Assembly: GCA_019931185.1 (NCBI GenBank)
Contig: JAINDK010000038.1
Coordinates: forward strand, 62,391 to 126,390
From: Bryobacter sp. CoA8 C33
GTDB taxonomy: Bacteria; Acidobacteriota; Terriglobia; Bryobacterales; Bryobacteraceae
Length of the DNA: 64,000 nt
Direction of reading: 5' to 3'
In this document: in pieces, positions 44,990 to 55,916 of the stretch
Numbering within the stretch: position 1 is the first letter of the stretch
How the letters are laid out: every line of letters starts with the position of its first letter
Position numbers and translations under genes: made by a program
The notes under the pieces: generated by a model
Told to the model about the DNA's origin: nothing
The model's database searches: none
What the model saw: the letters and a program-made list of their open reading frames with translations, nothing else

Positions 44990-46348
44990 TTACGCCAGCA
45001 CCTCGCGCACCACGCGCCCGTGCACATCCGTCAGCCGGAAGTGCCGTCCTTGAAATTTGTAGGTGAGCTTTGTGTGGTCGACGCCCAGCAGATGCAGCAT
45101 CGTGGCATGCAGGTCGTGCACGTGTACCGGGTCTTTGACGATGTTGTAGCTGAAATCATCCGTCTCCCCATGGCTCAGGCCCGCCTTTACCCCCGCCCCC
45201 GCCAGGAATACCGTGAAGCACCGCGGATGATGGTCCCGCCCATAGTCCTCCGCCGTCAGCTTGCCCTGGCAATAAACAGTCCGTCCAAACTCCCCGCCCC
45301 ATACAAGCAGCGTATCCTCGAGCAAGCCTCGCTCCTCGAGGTCGGCAATCAACGCCGCCGTCCCCTGGTCCGTATCCCGGCACTGATTCACGATCTGCCC
45401 GGGCAAATGGTTGTGCTGGTCCCAGCCCCGGTGAAAGAGCTGAATAAATCGCACTCCCCGCTCAGCCAGCCGCCGCGCCAGCAAACAGTTCGCCGCGAAG
45501 CTCCCTGGCGTCCGCGACTCCGGCCCATAGCGCTCAAACGTCGATGCCGGCTCCTTCGACAAGTCCGTTAACTCCGGCACCGAACTCTGCATCTTGAACG
45601 CCATCTCATACTGCGCTACACGCGTCGCCGTTTCCGGGTCCCCCGTCTCGGCCAGCCGCATCCGGTTCAATTCCGCCAGATCATCGAGATACGTCCGCCG
45701 CCCCGGCTTGCTCACCCCCTCGGGATCCTTCAGAAACAGCACCGGGTCTCCTTGCGAGCGGAACTTCACGCCCTGATACTTCGTCGGCAGAAATCCACTC
45801 CCCCACAGCCGGTCATAAAGCGGCTGGTCGCTCACATTCCCCGTTCCTTGCGAGATCATCACCACAAACGCCGGCAAATCCTGGTTCTCCGTCCCCAACC
45901 CATAGGCCAGCCACGAGCCGATCGACGGCCGCCCCGCCAGTTGAAACCCCGTCTGAAAAAATGTCACCGCCGGATCATGGTTGATTGCCTCCGTGTGCAT
46001 CGACTTGAGGAAGCACAGCTTGTCAGCCACCTTCGCCACATGCGGCATCAACTCGCTCACCCACGCCCCGCTCTGCCCCCTCCGCGCGAAAGCAAACTTC
46101 GAAGGCACGAGCGGAAACGTCGTTTGCGTCGCCGTCATCCCCGTCAGCCGCTGCCCCTGCCGCACGCTGTCCGGCAACTCCTGGCCCGCCATCTCCTTTA
46201 ACCGCGGCTTGTAATCGAACAACTCCAACTGGCTCGGCGCCCCGCTCTGAAACAGATAAATCACCCGCTTTGCCTTGGGTGTGAAATGCGTCTGCGCCCC
46301 CGCCAGTTGTGCCGCCGCCACTTGTGCCAGAAATCCCCGTCGCGTCAT
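44990..46348 (-). CDS. DUF1501-domain protein (sulfatase-fold, Tat-secreted).
   Basis: The Tat leader is [19 protein letters not shown]. The family layout matches proteins found paired with PSD1/DUF1553 proteins. The start overlaps the upstream stop as ATGA. Confidence 0.8.
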   Translation of the reverse strand: MTRRGFLAQVAAAQLAGAQTHFTPKAKRVIYLFQSGAPSQLELFDYKPRLKEMAGQELPDSVRQGQRLTGMTATQTTFPLVPSKFAFARRGQSGAWVSELMPHVAKVADKLCFLKSMHTEAINHDPAVTFFQTGFQLAGRPSIGSWLAYGLGTENQDLPAFVVMISQGTGNVSDQPLYDRLWGSGFLPTKYQGVKFRSQGDPVLFLKDPEGVSKPGRRTYLDDLAELNRMRLAETGDPETATRVAQYEMAFKMQSSVPELTDLSKEPASTFERYGPESRTPGSFAANCLLARRLAERGVRFIQLFHRGWDQHNHLPGQIVNQCRDTDQGTAALIADLEERGLLEDTLLVWGGEFGRTVYCQGKLTAEDYGRDHHPRCFTVFLAGAGVKAGLSHGETDDFSYNIVKDPVHVHDLHATMLHLLGVDHTKLTYKFQGRHFRLTDVHGRVVREVLA

Positions 46349-49080
46349 TCCCGTGTAATCCCTTCATCCAGATTCAGCAGCAGGCTCGCCACCATTGTCC
46401 GCGCCGCCAACTCCACCACGTCCGTCCCTTCGTTCCGCTTGCTGTCTCCGTGCGCCAACAGATTCCGCGCCGCCGCCGGATCGCGCTGGTATTCCTCACG
46501 GTATCGCGCAAGCGCCCGCTCGATCACGACCATCTCCGCCGCACTGGGCCGCCGGCTCGTCACCATCCGGAAGCCCCGCGCCAAACCCTCCCGCTCGTCC
46601 ATCATCCGCTCGGCCAGCTTCCGCGACGCCTCGAGAAACGTGACATCGTTCATCAGATTCAACGCCTGCAACGGCGTGTTCGTCCGGTTCTCCCGCACCA
46701 CGCAGGTCTCGCGCCCCGCCGCATCGAAATTCGCCATCGTCGGCGGCGGCGCCGTCCGCTTCCAGAACGTGTACAGACTCCGCCTGTAAAGCCCCTCCCC
46801 CTGATCCATTACATAGTCCGCTCCTCCGCTCAACTCCTTCCACAGCCCCGCCGGCTGATACGGCTTCACCGACGGCCCTCCCACTTTTTCCACCAGCAAT
46901 CCCGATACCGCCAGCGCATGATCCCTTACCTGTCCGGCATCCATTCGCAGCCGCGTCATCCGCCCCAGCAACCGGTTCTCCGGGTCCCGCTGCAGCATTT
47001 CCGCACTCACCGCCGAGCTCTGCCGGTAGGTCTCCGACATCACGATCGTCTTCAGCAGCTTCTTCACATCCCAGCCGCTTTCCATAAACTCCACCGCCAG
47101 CCAGTCGAGCAGTTCCATCTGCGCCGGCCATTCCCCTTGCGAGCCAAAATCCTCACTCGTCTTCACCAGTCCCACTCCGAACAACGCCTGCCACAACCGG
47201 TTTACCGTCACCCGCGCCAGCAGCGGGTTTTCGTGGCTCACCAGCCACCGCGCCAGCCCCAGCCGGTTTCCCGGCAGCCCCGCCGGCATAGGTCCCAGAG
47301 ACTCGGGGATTCCCGGCTCCACCGCCTCCCCTTTCCGGTCATAAGCTCCCCGAATCAGCACATGCGCCTGCTTCGGCTCTCCCGTCTCACGCATCACCAT
47401 CACTGTCGGGATCCGGTCCATTAGCTCTTCCCTCTCCCGCCGCAGCTTCACCACTTCCGCCCACGCCCCCCGTTCCACAGTTTCCAGATACTGCCGCCTC
47501 CGCGCTGCTGCCCCCGTCGCCGTGCCGGCTAAAAACTCCACCTCGAGCGGCTCGATCCGCCGCCCATAAAACCGCACATCCTCCCCGCCGGTCCGCACCG
47601 GCTCTTTCACCTGAAAATCCTGGTTCAGCTCATCCACCAGTACCCGCAGCTTCTCCGGCTTGCCATCTACATACAATTGCAGCCCCACCGCCAGCTTCGA
47701 CCCGTCATAAACCATCGCCACCGCGTGGCTGGCTCCATCGGCGAATACCCGCTCACTCTCCACTCGAATCGCGTCATCCAACCACCGCTGCACCAGATGG
47801 ATGTAGATCCGCCCCTGCTTCCAGCCGAAGCCAAACCCCATCGGGTCCTCCCCCGGCACGGTCTTAGCCAGAATCTCTCCACTCGCCCCGCTCATCCGTA
47901 CCCGCGCCGCGATGCTGAAGCGGTCCGTGTAGCTCGGGCCAATCTTCTCCCGGCTCACCAGATCACGCTCCGGTTTCCAGTCCAGCCGCCCCCGGGCCTC
48001 TCCCGGTTTCAGCCTGCTTTCCGCCGCCCGGATCTTTTCCTCGATCGCATCCAATTCCTTCCGCTGTCCGGGCGTCGGCGCCATCTCAAACGGCGGCGTG
48101 TTCCCATATTTGAAGTACCGCCCCCGCTCCCCGATATTGTGAAAATACGCAAACAACCGATAGAAATCCTTCTGCGTAAACGGGTCGTACTTGTGGTTGT
48201 GGCACCGCGCGCAACCGATCGTGCTGCCGAGAAATACCGTCCCCATCGTCTCCACGCGGTCCGCCGCGTATTCCGCCAAATACTCCTCGGCGATGATCCC
48301 GCCCTCGCCATTGCCCCGATGATTCCGCTGGAACCCGGTTGCCATCCGCTGCTCGAGCCCCGCCCCCGGCATCAGGTCTCCCGCCATCTGTTCAACCACG
48401 AATTGATCGAAGGGCTTGTTGCGGTCAAAGGATTCGATCACCCAGTCCCGCCAGCGCCACATCTGCCGCTCCCCGTCCGTCTGGTATCCATTCGTGTCCG
48501 CATACCGCGCTACATCCAGCCAGCGCGCCGCCATCCTCTCGGCAAACCGCGGCGAGGCAAGCATCCGGTCCACGCTCGCCTCATAGCTCTCTTCCCGGTC
48601 CAATTCCTCCAGTGTCGGCGCCAACCCCGTCAGGTCCAGGCTCAGCCGCCGCAACAGCGTTTCCCGCCCCGCCCGCGGTGCTGCCTTCAGGCCCTCCCGC
48701 TCCAGTCGCGCCCGCACAATCCCATCGATGCTCAATGCCGGCTTACGCGCCGGCGGCAAATACGCCCAATGCTTTTCCCAAGGTAAACCCGCCTCCACCC
48801 ACTGCTTCAATACCGCCGTCTCCCCCGCGCTCAGCGCCGCCCCCGTATGCACCGGCGGCATCCGCCGCGCCCGATTCGCCGTCGTGATCCGATCGAGGAT
48901 CTTCTCCCCCGCTCCCCGCACCGCCTCCGCCTGGTCCAGCCGCAGCTTGATTCCCTTGGCCGCCGCATCCGCCCCATGACAACTCCAGCACTTGTCCGAC
49001 AACACCGGACGCACACTCCGGTTAAACTCAACCCCTTCTCCCCACGCCGTCACCGCGATCAGCCAAAACATTGCTTTCAT
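46345..49080 (-). CDS. PSCyt1 (CxxCH cytochrome-like) / DUF1549 / DUF1553 protein, the Planctomycete-type PSD partner of DUF1501.
   Basis: The N-terminal [21 protein letters not shown] contains the CxxCH motif. The 911-aa product has the typical architecture. Confidence 0.8.
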   Translation of the reverse strand: MKAMFWLIAVTAWGEGVEFNRSVRPVLSDKCWSCHGADAAAKGIKLRLDQAEAVRGAGEKILDRITTANRARRMPPVHTGAALSAGETAVLKQWVEAGLPWEKHWAYLPPARKPALSIDGIVRARLEREGLKAAPRAGRETLLRRLSLDLTGLAPTLEELDREESYEASVDRMLASPRFAERMAARWLDVARYADTNGYQTDGERQMWRWRDWVIESFDRNKPFDQFVVEQMAGDLMPGAGLEQRMATGFQRNHRGNGEGGIIAEEYLAEYAADRVETMGTVFLGSTIGCARCHNHKYDPFTQKDFYRLFAYFHNIGERGRYFKYGNTPPFEMAPTPGQRKELDAIEEKIRAAESRLKPGEARGRLDWKPERDLVSREKIGPSYTDRFSIAARVRMSGASGEILAKTVPGEDPMGFGFGWKQGRIYIHLVQRWLDDAIRVESERVFADGASHAVAMVYDGSKLAVGLQLYVDGKPEKLRVLVDELNQDFQVKEPVRTGGEDVRFYGRRIEPLEVEFLAGTATGAAARRRQYLETVERGAWAEVVKLRREREELMDRIPTVMVMRETGEPKQAHVLIRGAYDRKGEAVEPGIPESLGPMPAGLPGNRLGLARWLVSHENPLLARVTVNRLWQALFGVGLVKTSEDFGSQGEWPAQMELLDWLAVEFMESGWDVKKLLKTIVMSETYRQSSAVSAEMLQRDPENRLLGRMTRLRMDAGQVRDHALAVSGLLVEKVGGPSVKPYQPAGLWKELSGGADYVMDQGEGLYRRSLYTFWKRTAPPPTMANFDAAGRETCVVRENRTNTPLQALNLMNDVTFLEASRKLAERMMDEREGLARGFRMVTSRRPSAAEMVVIERALARYREEYQRDPAAARNLLAHGDSKRNEGTDVVELAARTMVASLLLNLDEGITRE

Positions 49081-49089
49081 AACTGGTAG

Positions 49090-49166
49090 TGGTGCACCCG
49101 GAGGGACTCGAACCCCCGGCCCTCTGGTTCGAAGCCAGATGCTCTATCCAACTGAGCTACAGGTGC
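49090..49166 (-). tRNA. tRNA-Arg, anticodon TCG.
   Basis: The minus-strand sequence GCACCTGTAGCTCAGTTGGATAGAGCATCTGGCTTCGAACCAGAGGGCCGGGGGTTCGAGTCCCTCCGGGTGCACCA folds with acceptor GCACCTG/CGGGTGC, anticodon loop CTTCGAA, and T-loop GGTTCGAGTCC. Confidence 0.85.
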
Positions 49167-49247
49167 ACGCATTCAAAGTCTATAACAAATGCAAAAGGGC
49201 CCGTGGCCAAAGCCCCGGGCCCTTTCCGGCAGTCCGCCTTGAGCCCC

Positions 49248-51374
49248 TTAGGCCCCGGCTCCGCCCTTCATCTTTTCGCGCTGTTCCTTGAGCAACGCCT
49301 TCCGGCTCAACTTGATCTTGTTGCCTTCAACGGCCAGCACTTTCACCATGATCTGGTCGCCTTCGTTCAACTCATCACGCACCTGCCGCACGCGCGCCTC
49401 GCTGATTTCGCTGATGTGCAACAGCCCGTCGGTGCCTGGAATGATTTCGACAAACGCGCCGAAATCCGCAATCCGCGTCACCGTGCCCAGGTAAGTCTTG
49501 CCCACCTCGGCCACCGCGCAAATGTTGTTGATCATCGTCAACGCCTTCTGCGCCGCCGTTGACTCGGCCGCGAACACCTTCACTGTGCCATCGTCCTCGA
49601 CATCGATCTTCGCGCCCGTCTGCTCGACGATGCCACGAATCACCTTGCCTCCCGGGCCAATCAACTCGCGGATCTTGTCCACCGGGATCGACACCTGATA
49701 CATGCGCGGAGCATGCGGAGACATCTCACCACGCGGCTCGCTCAGGCACTGCGCCATCGCATCGAGCAGGAACAAGCGTCCCCGCCGCGCCTGTTCGAGC
49801 GCTTCCGTCAGAAGAGAGCTCGAAACGTTGGCCACCTTCAGGTCCATCTGCAGCGCCGTTACCTTCGTCCGCGTTCCGGCTACCTTGAAGTCCATGTCGC
49901 CGTAGTGGTCTTCCGCGCCCGCGATATCGGTCAGGATCGCGTACTTGTCGCCTTCCTTCACCAGACCCATCGCGATGCCCGCGACCGCTTCCTGAATCGG
50001 TACGCCTGCATCCATCAGCGACAAGCTGCCGCCGCAGATCGACGCCATCGATGAAGATCCATTCGATTCGAGAATGTCCGACACGCAACGAATCGTGTAA
50101 CCAAATTTTTCCGGTGGGGGCAACACGGCCGCAATGGCCCGCTCCGCCAGGTTCCCGTGCCCGATTTCACGCCGTCCCGCGCCGCGCATAAAGCCCACTT
50201 CGCCCACCGAGAACGGCGGGAAGTTGTAGTGCAGCATCCACTTTTTCGAAGTCTCGGAAGAGTCGAGCAATTCGATCTTTTGCTCGTCGTCGCTCGTGCC
50301 GAGCGTGGTCGTCACCAGCGCCTGCGTCTCGCCGCGGGTAAACAGGCACGAACCGTGCGTCCGCGGCAACAGGCCGACTTCCATTTCCAGCTTGCGGATC
50401 TCGTCAAACTCGCGCCCGTCCGGACGCCGCCGCTTGTCGAGCATCTCCTCGCGGAAGATCTTTTCCTTCAACATGTCGAAGTACTTGCCGGCCAGAGTCT
50501 GCTTTGCCTTGGCTTCGTCCGTGTCGCCTTCAAACAGCGCCTTGGCCTTCGCCTTGCACTCGTCGACCTTCGCGTAGCTTTCCAGCTTCGAATACTTCTT
50601 GGTGTCGAGCGCGTCGGTCAATTCCACCTTGATGGCCTTTTCGATCTGGTCGAACACCGTCTGATCGACCGCCGGCGGCACATACTCGCGCTTCTTCTTG
50701 CCACACTTGGCTACAAGTTCCTTGATGCCATCGATGATCTTGTGGCAGCAGGCAAGGCCGAAGTCGACGCAACGAACCACGTCTTCTTCCGCGGCGCCCA
50801 TGCCGCCCGCTTCCACCATCACCACACCGGTTTCCGTTCCCGCCACGACAATCGAAATATCCGCCTTCTTGGCTTCATCGTAGGTCGGCATCACTATCAT
50901 CTTGCCGTCCAGCAATGCGACGCGCACCGCGGCAATGAAGTGATGAAACGGGATGTCACTAATCGCCAGTGCCGCCCCCGCACCTGTCAACGCCAGAATG
51001 CCCGGGTCGCGTTCCGGATCAGCCGAAACAACATAACCCACGATCTGCGTGTCGTTTTGATACCCTTCCGGGAAAAGCGGCCGGATCGGCCGGTCCATCA
51101 GACGAGCGTTGAGCGTTTCCTTTTCGCTCATACGCCCTTCCCGCTTAATGTAACCACCCGGGAACTTTCCCGCCGAGTAGGTGTACTCGCGATAGTCGCA
51201 GGTCAGAGGGAAGAAACTCACCCCTTCCTTCGCCTTCAAATTTGAGCAGGCAGTGGACAACACCACCGAGTCTCCGCACCGTACTACTACACTTCCGTTC
51301 GCCTGTTTGGCCATCCTGCCGGTCTCAATCGTAATCTTGTGACCGTGGAGATCGATTTCTACACTATGAATCAT
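49248..51374 (-). CDS. pnp: Polyribonucleotide nucleotidyltransferase (PNPase).
   Basis: The ATG at 51372-51374 has AGGAGG 7 nt upstream. Two RNase PH domains are followed by KH and S1 domains (...GTVTRIADFGAFVEIIPGTDGLLHISE...). Confidence 0.95.
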   Translation of the reverse strand: MIHSVEIDLHGHKITIETGRMAKQANGSVVVRCGDSVVLSTACSNLKAKEGVSFFPLTCDYREYTYSAGKFPGGYIKREGRMSEKETLNARLMDRPIRPLFPEGYQNDTQIVGYVVSADPERDPGILALTGAGAALAISDIPFHHFIAAVRVALLDGKMIVMPTYDEAKKADISIVVAGTETGVVMVEAGGMGAAEEDVVRCVDFGLACCHKIIDGIKELVAKCGKKKREYVPPAVDQTVFDQIEKAIKVELTDALDTKKYSKLESYAKVDECKAKAKALFEGDTDEAKAKQTLAGKYFDMLKEKIFREEMLDKRRRPDGREFDEIRKLEMEVGLLPRTHGSCLFTRGETQALVTTTLGTSDDEQKIELLDSSETSKKWMLHYNFPPFSVGEVGFMRGAGRREIGHGNLAERAIAAVLPPPEKFGYTIRCVSDILESNGSSSMASICGGSLSLMDAGVPIQEAVAGIAMGLVKEGDKYAILTDIAGAEDHYGDMDFKVAGTRTKVTALQMDLKVANVSSSLLTEALEQARRGRLFLLDAMAQCLSEPRGEMSPHAPRMYQVSIPVDKIRELIGPGGKVIRGIVEQTGAKIDVEDDGTVKVFAAESTAAQKALTMINNICAVAEVGKTYLGTVTRIADFGAFVEIIPGTDGLLHISEISEARVRQVRDELNEGDQIMVKVLAVEGNKIKLSRKALLKEQREKMKGGAGA

Positions 51375-51494
51375 CGCGTGATTCCTCCTGAATTGCCCGC
51401 TATCGAGCGGTGCAATGATCTTGATCAAGATCAAGGAGACGATTTGAATACTGATTGTGTGCCCTGTCCTCCGGGACAGAGATCAGGCAATACC

Positions 51495-51532
51495 CCAAAA
51501 ATGCCAACAGCCGGAGAAGCGATTTCCGGCTG
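51495..51532 (-). terminator. Candidate intrinsic (partial) terminator after rpsO, in the rpsO-pnp leader.
   Basis: On the minus strand the stem CAGCCGGA...TCCGGCTG is followed by TTGGCATTTTTGG. A second perfect hairpin CTGTCC-TCCG-GGACAG lies at 51464..51479. Confidence 0.45.
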
Positions 51533-51549
51533 CTGTTTGATTTATCTGG

Positions 51550-51819
51550 TTACTTACGAATCCCGAGTTTGGCGATCAGCGCCTGATACTGCTGCGGCTG
51601 CCGCCCCTTCAGGTAGTCGAGCAACTTGCGCCGCTGTGCTACCAGCAGCAAAAGACCACGCCGTGAGCTGTGATCTTTCTTGTGCGTCTGAATGTGCTGT
51701 GTCAACTGAGAGATACGAGCGCTCAGCAACGCTACCTGCACTTCCGTCGAACCAACATCTTTTTTGTGGCGCGCATGCGCCGCCACGATTTCCTTCTTCG
51801 CTTCTACTGCCAATGCCAT
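51550..51819 (-). CDS. rpsO: 30S ribosomal protein S15.
   Basis: The 89-aa product reads ...[48 protein letters not shown]. Confidence 0.95.
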   Translation of the reverse strand: MALAVEAKKEIVAAHARHKKDVGSTEVQVALLSARISQLTQHIQTHKKDHSSRRGLLLLVAQRRKLLDYLKGRQPQQYQALIAKLGIRK

Positions 51820-51894
51820 TTTAAGGGGGGTACTCCGTTTCGTTCCTTAATCAACCTTTTGTTCGCCTTTCAGGTTAGCATAATCCCCATCACT

Positions 51895-52236
51895 ATGGAA
51901 AACTCCCGTCTCACTCTATTAGCTGCCTTTATGGCGGGCTCCCTTCTCACCGCCGCCCTTCCCGTCAAAACCGCTCTCGAAAACTCCAATGTCCGCGTTC
52001 TCGACACCACCTACCTTCCCGGCGTGCCCCGCCCGGCCGGCGTCCGCCCCACCGATCAGGTCATCGTCTTCCTCGACGATTGTTCCTACGAGCGCAAAGA
52101 CCCCGTCACAGGCCAACTCACCATCCGCCACCGCAAGGCCGGCGAGGTTATCTGGCACGACAAGGGCGAAGCCGCCCCCCAGCTCACCAACAAAGGCTCC
52201 AAGCCTTACCGCACCATCACCGTCGAACTCAAATAA
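51895..52236 (+). CDS. Small secreted hypothetical protein.
   Basis: Internal ATG at 51895; the track ORF from 51670 is antisense to rpsO. The signal peptide is MENSRLTLLAAFMAGSLLTAALP. The product is 113 aa with C3-rich codons. Confidence 0.5.
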   Translation: MENSRLTLLAAFMAGSLLTAALPVKTALENSNVRVLDTTYLPGVPRPAGVRPTDQVIVFLDDCSYERKDPVTGQLTIRHRKAGEVIWHDKGEAAPQLTNKGSKPYRTITVELK

Positions 52237-52812
52237 ATGTGGTTTGCTCTCCTCATGCGGCTCGTCAGCCGCTTTCATGAGCCCCTCGTCGCCGCCCGCA
52301 AGCGGGCTTGGCTCCCCCGCCTCTCCGGCCGCGTTCTCGAGATCGGCCCCGGCCACGGCGTCAACTTCCGCTACTTCCCCCCCGGCATCGCCTGGACCGG
52401 CTACGAGCCCAACCGCTGGCTGGCCCGATCCATCCCGCTTCCCCCCGGCGCCACTCTCCACACCGCCCCCTACACCGGCCAGCCCGGCGTCTATGACGCC
52501 ATTCTCTCCACACTGGTTCTCTGCAGCCTGCCTGATCCCGCTGCCACCCTCGCCGCCCTCTTCCGCTCCCTCCGCCCCGGCGGCGTCTTCGTTTTCCTCG
52601 AACATGTCGCCGCCCCAGCCGGCTCTCCACTCCGCGCCCGCCAGGACCGTCTGCTGCCCCTCTGGCGCGCCTGCGCCGGCGGCTGCCATCCCAACCGAGA
52701 CACGGAGGCCATAATTCGGGATGCCGGCTTCGTGATCCAGGAAATCGAGCGTTTTCACCTGCCCCTCTCACTGGCCTCCCCTCATATAATCGGACTCGCC
52801 ACCAAGCCATGA
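52237..52812 (+). CDS. Class-I SAM-dependent methyltransferase (Methyltransf_11-like).
   Basis: VLEIGPGHGVNF is motif I. LRPGGVFVFLEH is the motif II/III region. The product is 191 aa. Confidence 0.75.
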   Translation: MWFALLMRLVSRFHEPLVAARKRAWLPRLSGRVLEIGPGHGVNFRYFPPGIAWTGYEPNRWLARSIPLPPGATLHTAPYTGQPGVYDAILSTLVLCSLPDPAATLAALFRSLRPGGVFVFLEHVAAPAGSPLRARQDRLLPLWRACAGGCHPNRDTEAIIRDAGFVIQEIERFHLPLSLASPHIIGLATKP

Positions 52813-53390
52813 CCACCGACGAACGCTCCCTCGTCTGGGCCGAACTCGAACGCGCCACCCGCGACCGCGATCACCCCTTCCGCCAGCCCGTCATCCTCAG
52901 CATCGACGACTCCGGCTTCCCTTCCGGTCGCGTACTCACCCTCCGCGCTGCCGACCCTGCCTCCCGCTCTCTCCGCTTCCACATCGATACCCGCAGCCCA
53001 AAATACTCCCACTGGTCCCAACGGCCGCTGATCTCCGCCGTCTTCTATGACCAGCAGGCCCGCTGGCAACTCCGCGTCCGCGGCGCCGCCACCCTCCACA
53101 ATCAGAACGAGATTGCCCGCGCTGCCTGGCTCGCCAGCCACCCCATGTGCCAGCGCACCTACCTCTCCCAATCCCCGCCTGGCCTCGAGATCGATTGGGA
53201 TTCCCCCGTCTTCCCCCCTGGTCTTGAACGCCGCCGCCCCACCGGCCAGGAGGCCGAAGCCGCTTACCCGAATTTCGCCGTCCTCCTGCTCACCGTCGCC
53301 GAATTCGACAGCCTCCACCTTTCCGGCGAGGGCCACCGCCGCTTCCTCATCGCCGAAAACCCTCATTCCGTTCGCCGTCTCGCCCCCTGA
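52809..53390 (+). CDS. Pyridoxamine-5'-phosphate-oxidase-like FMN-binding protein.
   Basis: The 193-aa product resembles split-barrel PNPOx-like proteins. The call rests on family resemblance only. It overlaps the upstream stop by 4 nt. Confidence 0.5.
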   Translation: MTTDERSLVWAELERATRDRDHPFRQPVILSIDDSGFPSGRVLTLRAADPASRSLRFHIDTRSPKYSHWSQRPLISAVFYDQQARWQLRVRGAATLHNQNEIARAAWLASHPMCQRTYLSQSPPGLEIDWDSPVFPPGLERRRPTGQEAEAAYPNFAVLLLTVAEFDSLHLSGEGHRRFLIAENPHSVRRLAP

Positions 53391-53474
53391 TTTGCTACCT
53401 TGTTAAGACAGTTCAGTCTCCCCGTCCGAGCGCTTCTTTCCCCAGTCGGAATCCACAAAGGAGCGCCATTCTCA

Positions 53475-54893
53475 ATGACAGCTATGTTCTGGCCGGTGGT
53501 CATCTTCATGGCCATTTCTCTTGCCATTGGCCTTTACACCTACACCCAGGTACGCGGCTCCAGTGAGCGCTACACCGTTTGCGGCAAGTCCATGCCCTTT
53601 CTCGTCGTCGGCACCGCTCTGCTCGCTCAAGCCGTCGATGGCAACGCCACTCTCGGCAACGTCTCTCTCGTCTGGTCCAGCAACGTCTGGGGTGGCCTCC
53701 TCATCCCCCTCGGCCTCGCCGCCAGCCTGCTCATCGTCGGCAAATACCTCGCCGCCCCCCTGAACGAAATGGACTTGCTCACCCTGCCGGAATTCTTCTT
53801 CCGCCGCTACGGCAAGCGCACCGAACTCCTCGTCAGTCTCATCACCCTCGTTTGCTTTACCGTCCTCATTGCCGGTAACCTCAGCGCCGTCGCCTGGATC
53901 CTGTCCGTCGTCAGCGGCCTGTCCTACACCCAATCCCTCCTGATCGGCACCGTCGTCATTCTCGCCTACACCATGGCCGGCGGCCTCTACTCCGCCATCT
54001 GGACCGACTTCTTCCAGATTCACGTCGCCCTCATCGGCTTTGTCGCCGCCGCCGCCTGGCTCCTGCTCACCTACGGCACCGCCCCGCTCGACTCCGCCCT
54101 TGCCTCCGGCAAACTCGACCTCTCCGCCCTCACCCAACTCTCCGCCGGCGCCCTGCCCAATTGGGCCGCCTTCATCTCTCTCGCTCTTGGCAACGCCATG
54201 GCCCTCGATTTCATGGAACGCGTCTTCAGCGCCAAATCCGGCAAAACCGCCCGCAACGCCTGCTATTACGCCGCTGGCCTCACGCTCCTGGTCGGCGGTT
54301 GCGCTACCCTCATGGGCTTGTACAGCGTCAGCCTCGTGCCGAAAATCGAGGATCCCCGCATGGTCCTGCCCACCCTCTCAAGCGGCATCCTCCCCTATTG
54401 GGTCGGCGTCATGGTCTTTATCGGCGTTCTCGGCGCTTCCATGTCAACCGCCAACGGCGCCATGCTCGTCATGAGCGTCGTCGCCGCCCGCAATCTCTTC
54501 GAGCGCTACCGCGAAACCCCCGTCAACGACTCCCTCATGCTCTCCCTCTCCCGCCTCATGGCCATCCCTACCGCTCTTCTGGCCAGCATCCTCGCCTGGC
54601 TCAAACCCGAACCCGGCATCCTCCTCATCATCGCCTTTGACATCGTCTTCGCCGGCTGCGTCGTACCCTTGTTCTATGGCGTCCATTCCCGCCGCGCCAC
54701 CCCCGAGGCCGCCGTCGCCGCCATCCTCACCGGCACCTCCGCCCGCCTCCTCGCCCACTTCCTCACCCCGGCTCAATTCACCGGTCTCGATACCCTTCTA
54801 CCTCCTCTCTTCAGTTGGTTCGCCTTCTTCATCGCTATGAAATTCGGCCGTGTCGCTGAGCTTCCCGCTCCCGCTGCCGCCCACGGAGATTAA
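53475..54893 (+). CDS. Sodium:solute symporter family transporter.
   Basis: The ATG at 53475 has AAGGAG upstream. The product has about 13 TM helices and the SSS-family pattern (GKSMPFLVVGTALLAQAVDGNATLGN...). Confidence 0.8.
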   Translation: MTAMFWPVVIFMAISLAIGLYTYTQVRGSSERYTVCGKSMPFLVVGTALLAQAVDGNATLGNVSLVWSSNVWGGLLIPLGLAASLLIVGKYLAAPLNEMDLLTLPEFFFRRYGKRTELLVSLITLVCFTVLIAGNLSAVAWILSVVSGLSYTQSLLIGTVVILAYTMAGGLYSAIWTDFFQIHVALIGFVAAAAWLLLTYGTAPLDSALASGKLDLSALTQLSAGALPNWAAFISLALGNAMALDFMERVFSAKSGKTARNACYYAAGLTLLVGGCATLMGLYSVSLVPKIEDPRMVLPTLSSGILPYWVGVMVFIGVLGASMSTANGAMLVMSVVAARNLFERYRETPVNDSLMLSLSRLMAIPTALLASILAWLKPEPGILLIIAFDIVFAGCVVPLFYGVHSRRATPEAAVAAILTGTSARLLAHFLTPAQFTGLDTLLPPLFSWFAFFIAMKFGRVAELPAPAAAHGD

Positions 54894-54896
54894 ACC

Positions 54897-55916
54897 ATGC
54901 GCCCTGCTTTCATCTTGTCCCTCCTGCTCGCCTCTCTCCTGCCCGCCCAGGAGCCAAGCCCGAAAAAGCCCAGCGGCAGTCGCCCCCCTCGCATCGTCCG
55001 CCCCGGTGTCTCCACTCCCGGCGTCAAACGCGCCATGGAGACCATCAAGCCCCTCGCCGAAATCAGCATCCCCGGCGTGCCTGACTGGCAGGTCGTCACC
55101 AGCGACTCCCTCTGGGTCTCCAACGGCCCCAAGAACACCCTCCACCGCATCGACGCTAAGTCCAACCAACAGTCCGCTACCATCCCCGTCGGCACCCGCC
55201 CCTGCTCCGGTCTCGCCGCTGGCTTCGGCAGCATTTGGGTCCCCCTCTGCGGAGCCCGCGGCACCGGCGAGGGCAAAGGTCTCGCCCGCGTCGACATCAA
55301 AACCAATCAGGTCATCGCCACCATCCCCGTCGGCCCCGCCGACAGCGAAGGCGGCCTCACGACCAGCAAAGACGCCGTCTGGATCGTCTCCGACCCTAAA
55401 GGCGTCCTCACCCGCATCGACCCCAAAACCAACAAGCCTGTCGCGGAAATCACCATTCCCGCCGGTTCCGTCGCCGCCCATTTCGCCGCCGGCTTCGTCT
55501 GGGTCACCGCCAACAAGGCCTCCAAACTCATCCAGATCGACGCCAAAAAGAACGCCGTCGTCCGCGAAATCGAAGTCGGCCCCTCCCCACGCTTTCTCAC
55601 CTCCGGCGCCGGTAGCGTCTGGACCGTCAACCAGGGCGACGGTTCCGTCACTCGCGTCGATGCCAAGTCCGGCGCCATCCAGGCCAAAATTGAAGCCGGT
55701 ATCCCCGGCCCCGGTGGTGAAGTCAGCTTCGGCGGCGGCGGCCTCTGGATCACCGTCTTCGACATCCCCATCACCTTCATCGACGCCAAAACCAACACCG
55801 TCACCAAACAATGGACCGGCCCCGGTGGCGACGCCATCCGTTTCGGTCTCAACTCCGTCTGGTTATCCAACCTCCGCCAGCAAAACCTCTGGCGCATCGA
55901 CCCTAAAAAGCTTTGA
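54897..55916 (+). CDS. Secreted beta-propeller repeat protein (YVTN/NHL-like).
   Basis: It has a signal peptide and about six repeats of the pattern ...IDAKSNQ..ATIPVG..P.G.A.G...VWV. The product is 339 aa. Confidence 0.5.
   Translation: MRPAFILSLLLASLLPAQEPSPKKPSGSRPPRIVRPGVSTPGVKRAMETIKPLAEISIPGVPDWQVVTSDSLWVSNGPKNTLHRIDAKSNQQSATIPVGTRPCSGLAAGFGSIWVPLCGARGTGEGKGLARVDIKTNQVIATIPVGPADSEGGLTTSKDAVWIVSDPKGVLTRIDPKTNKPVAEITIPAGSVAAHFAAGFVWVTANKASKLIQIDAKKNAVVREIEVGPSPRFLTSGAGSVWTVNQGDGSVTRVDAKSGAIQAKIEAGIPGPGGEVSFGGGGLWITVFDIPITFIDAKTNTVTKQWTGPGGDAIRFGLNSVWLSNLRQQNLWRIDPKKL

Noticed and set aside
35521-49166. A 13.6-kb block bounded by tRNA-Thr and tRNA-Arg as an integrated genomic island.
   Set aside because: No integrase, direct repeats or compositional shift were seen. 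The content is metabolic genes with native codon usage.
51670-52236. 188-aa track ORF.
   Set aside because: Its first 75 codons are antisense to rpsO. The internal ATG at 51895 with a signal peptide was taken instead.
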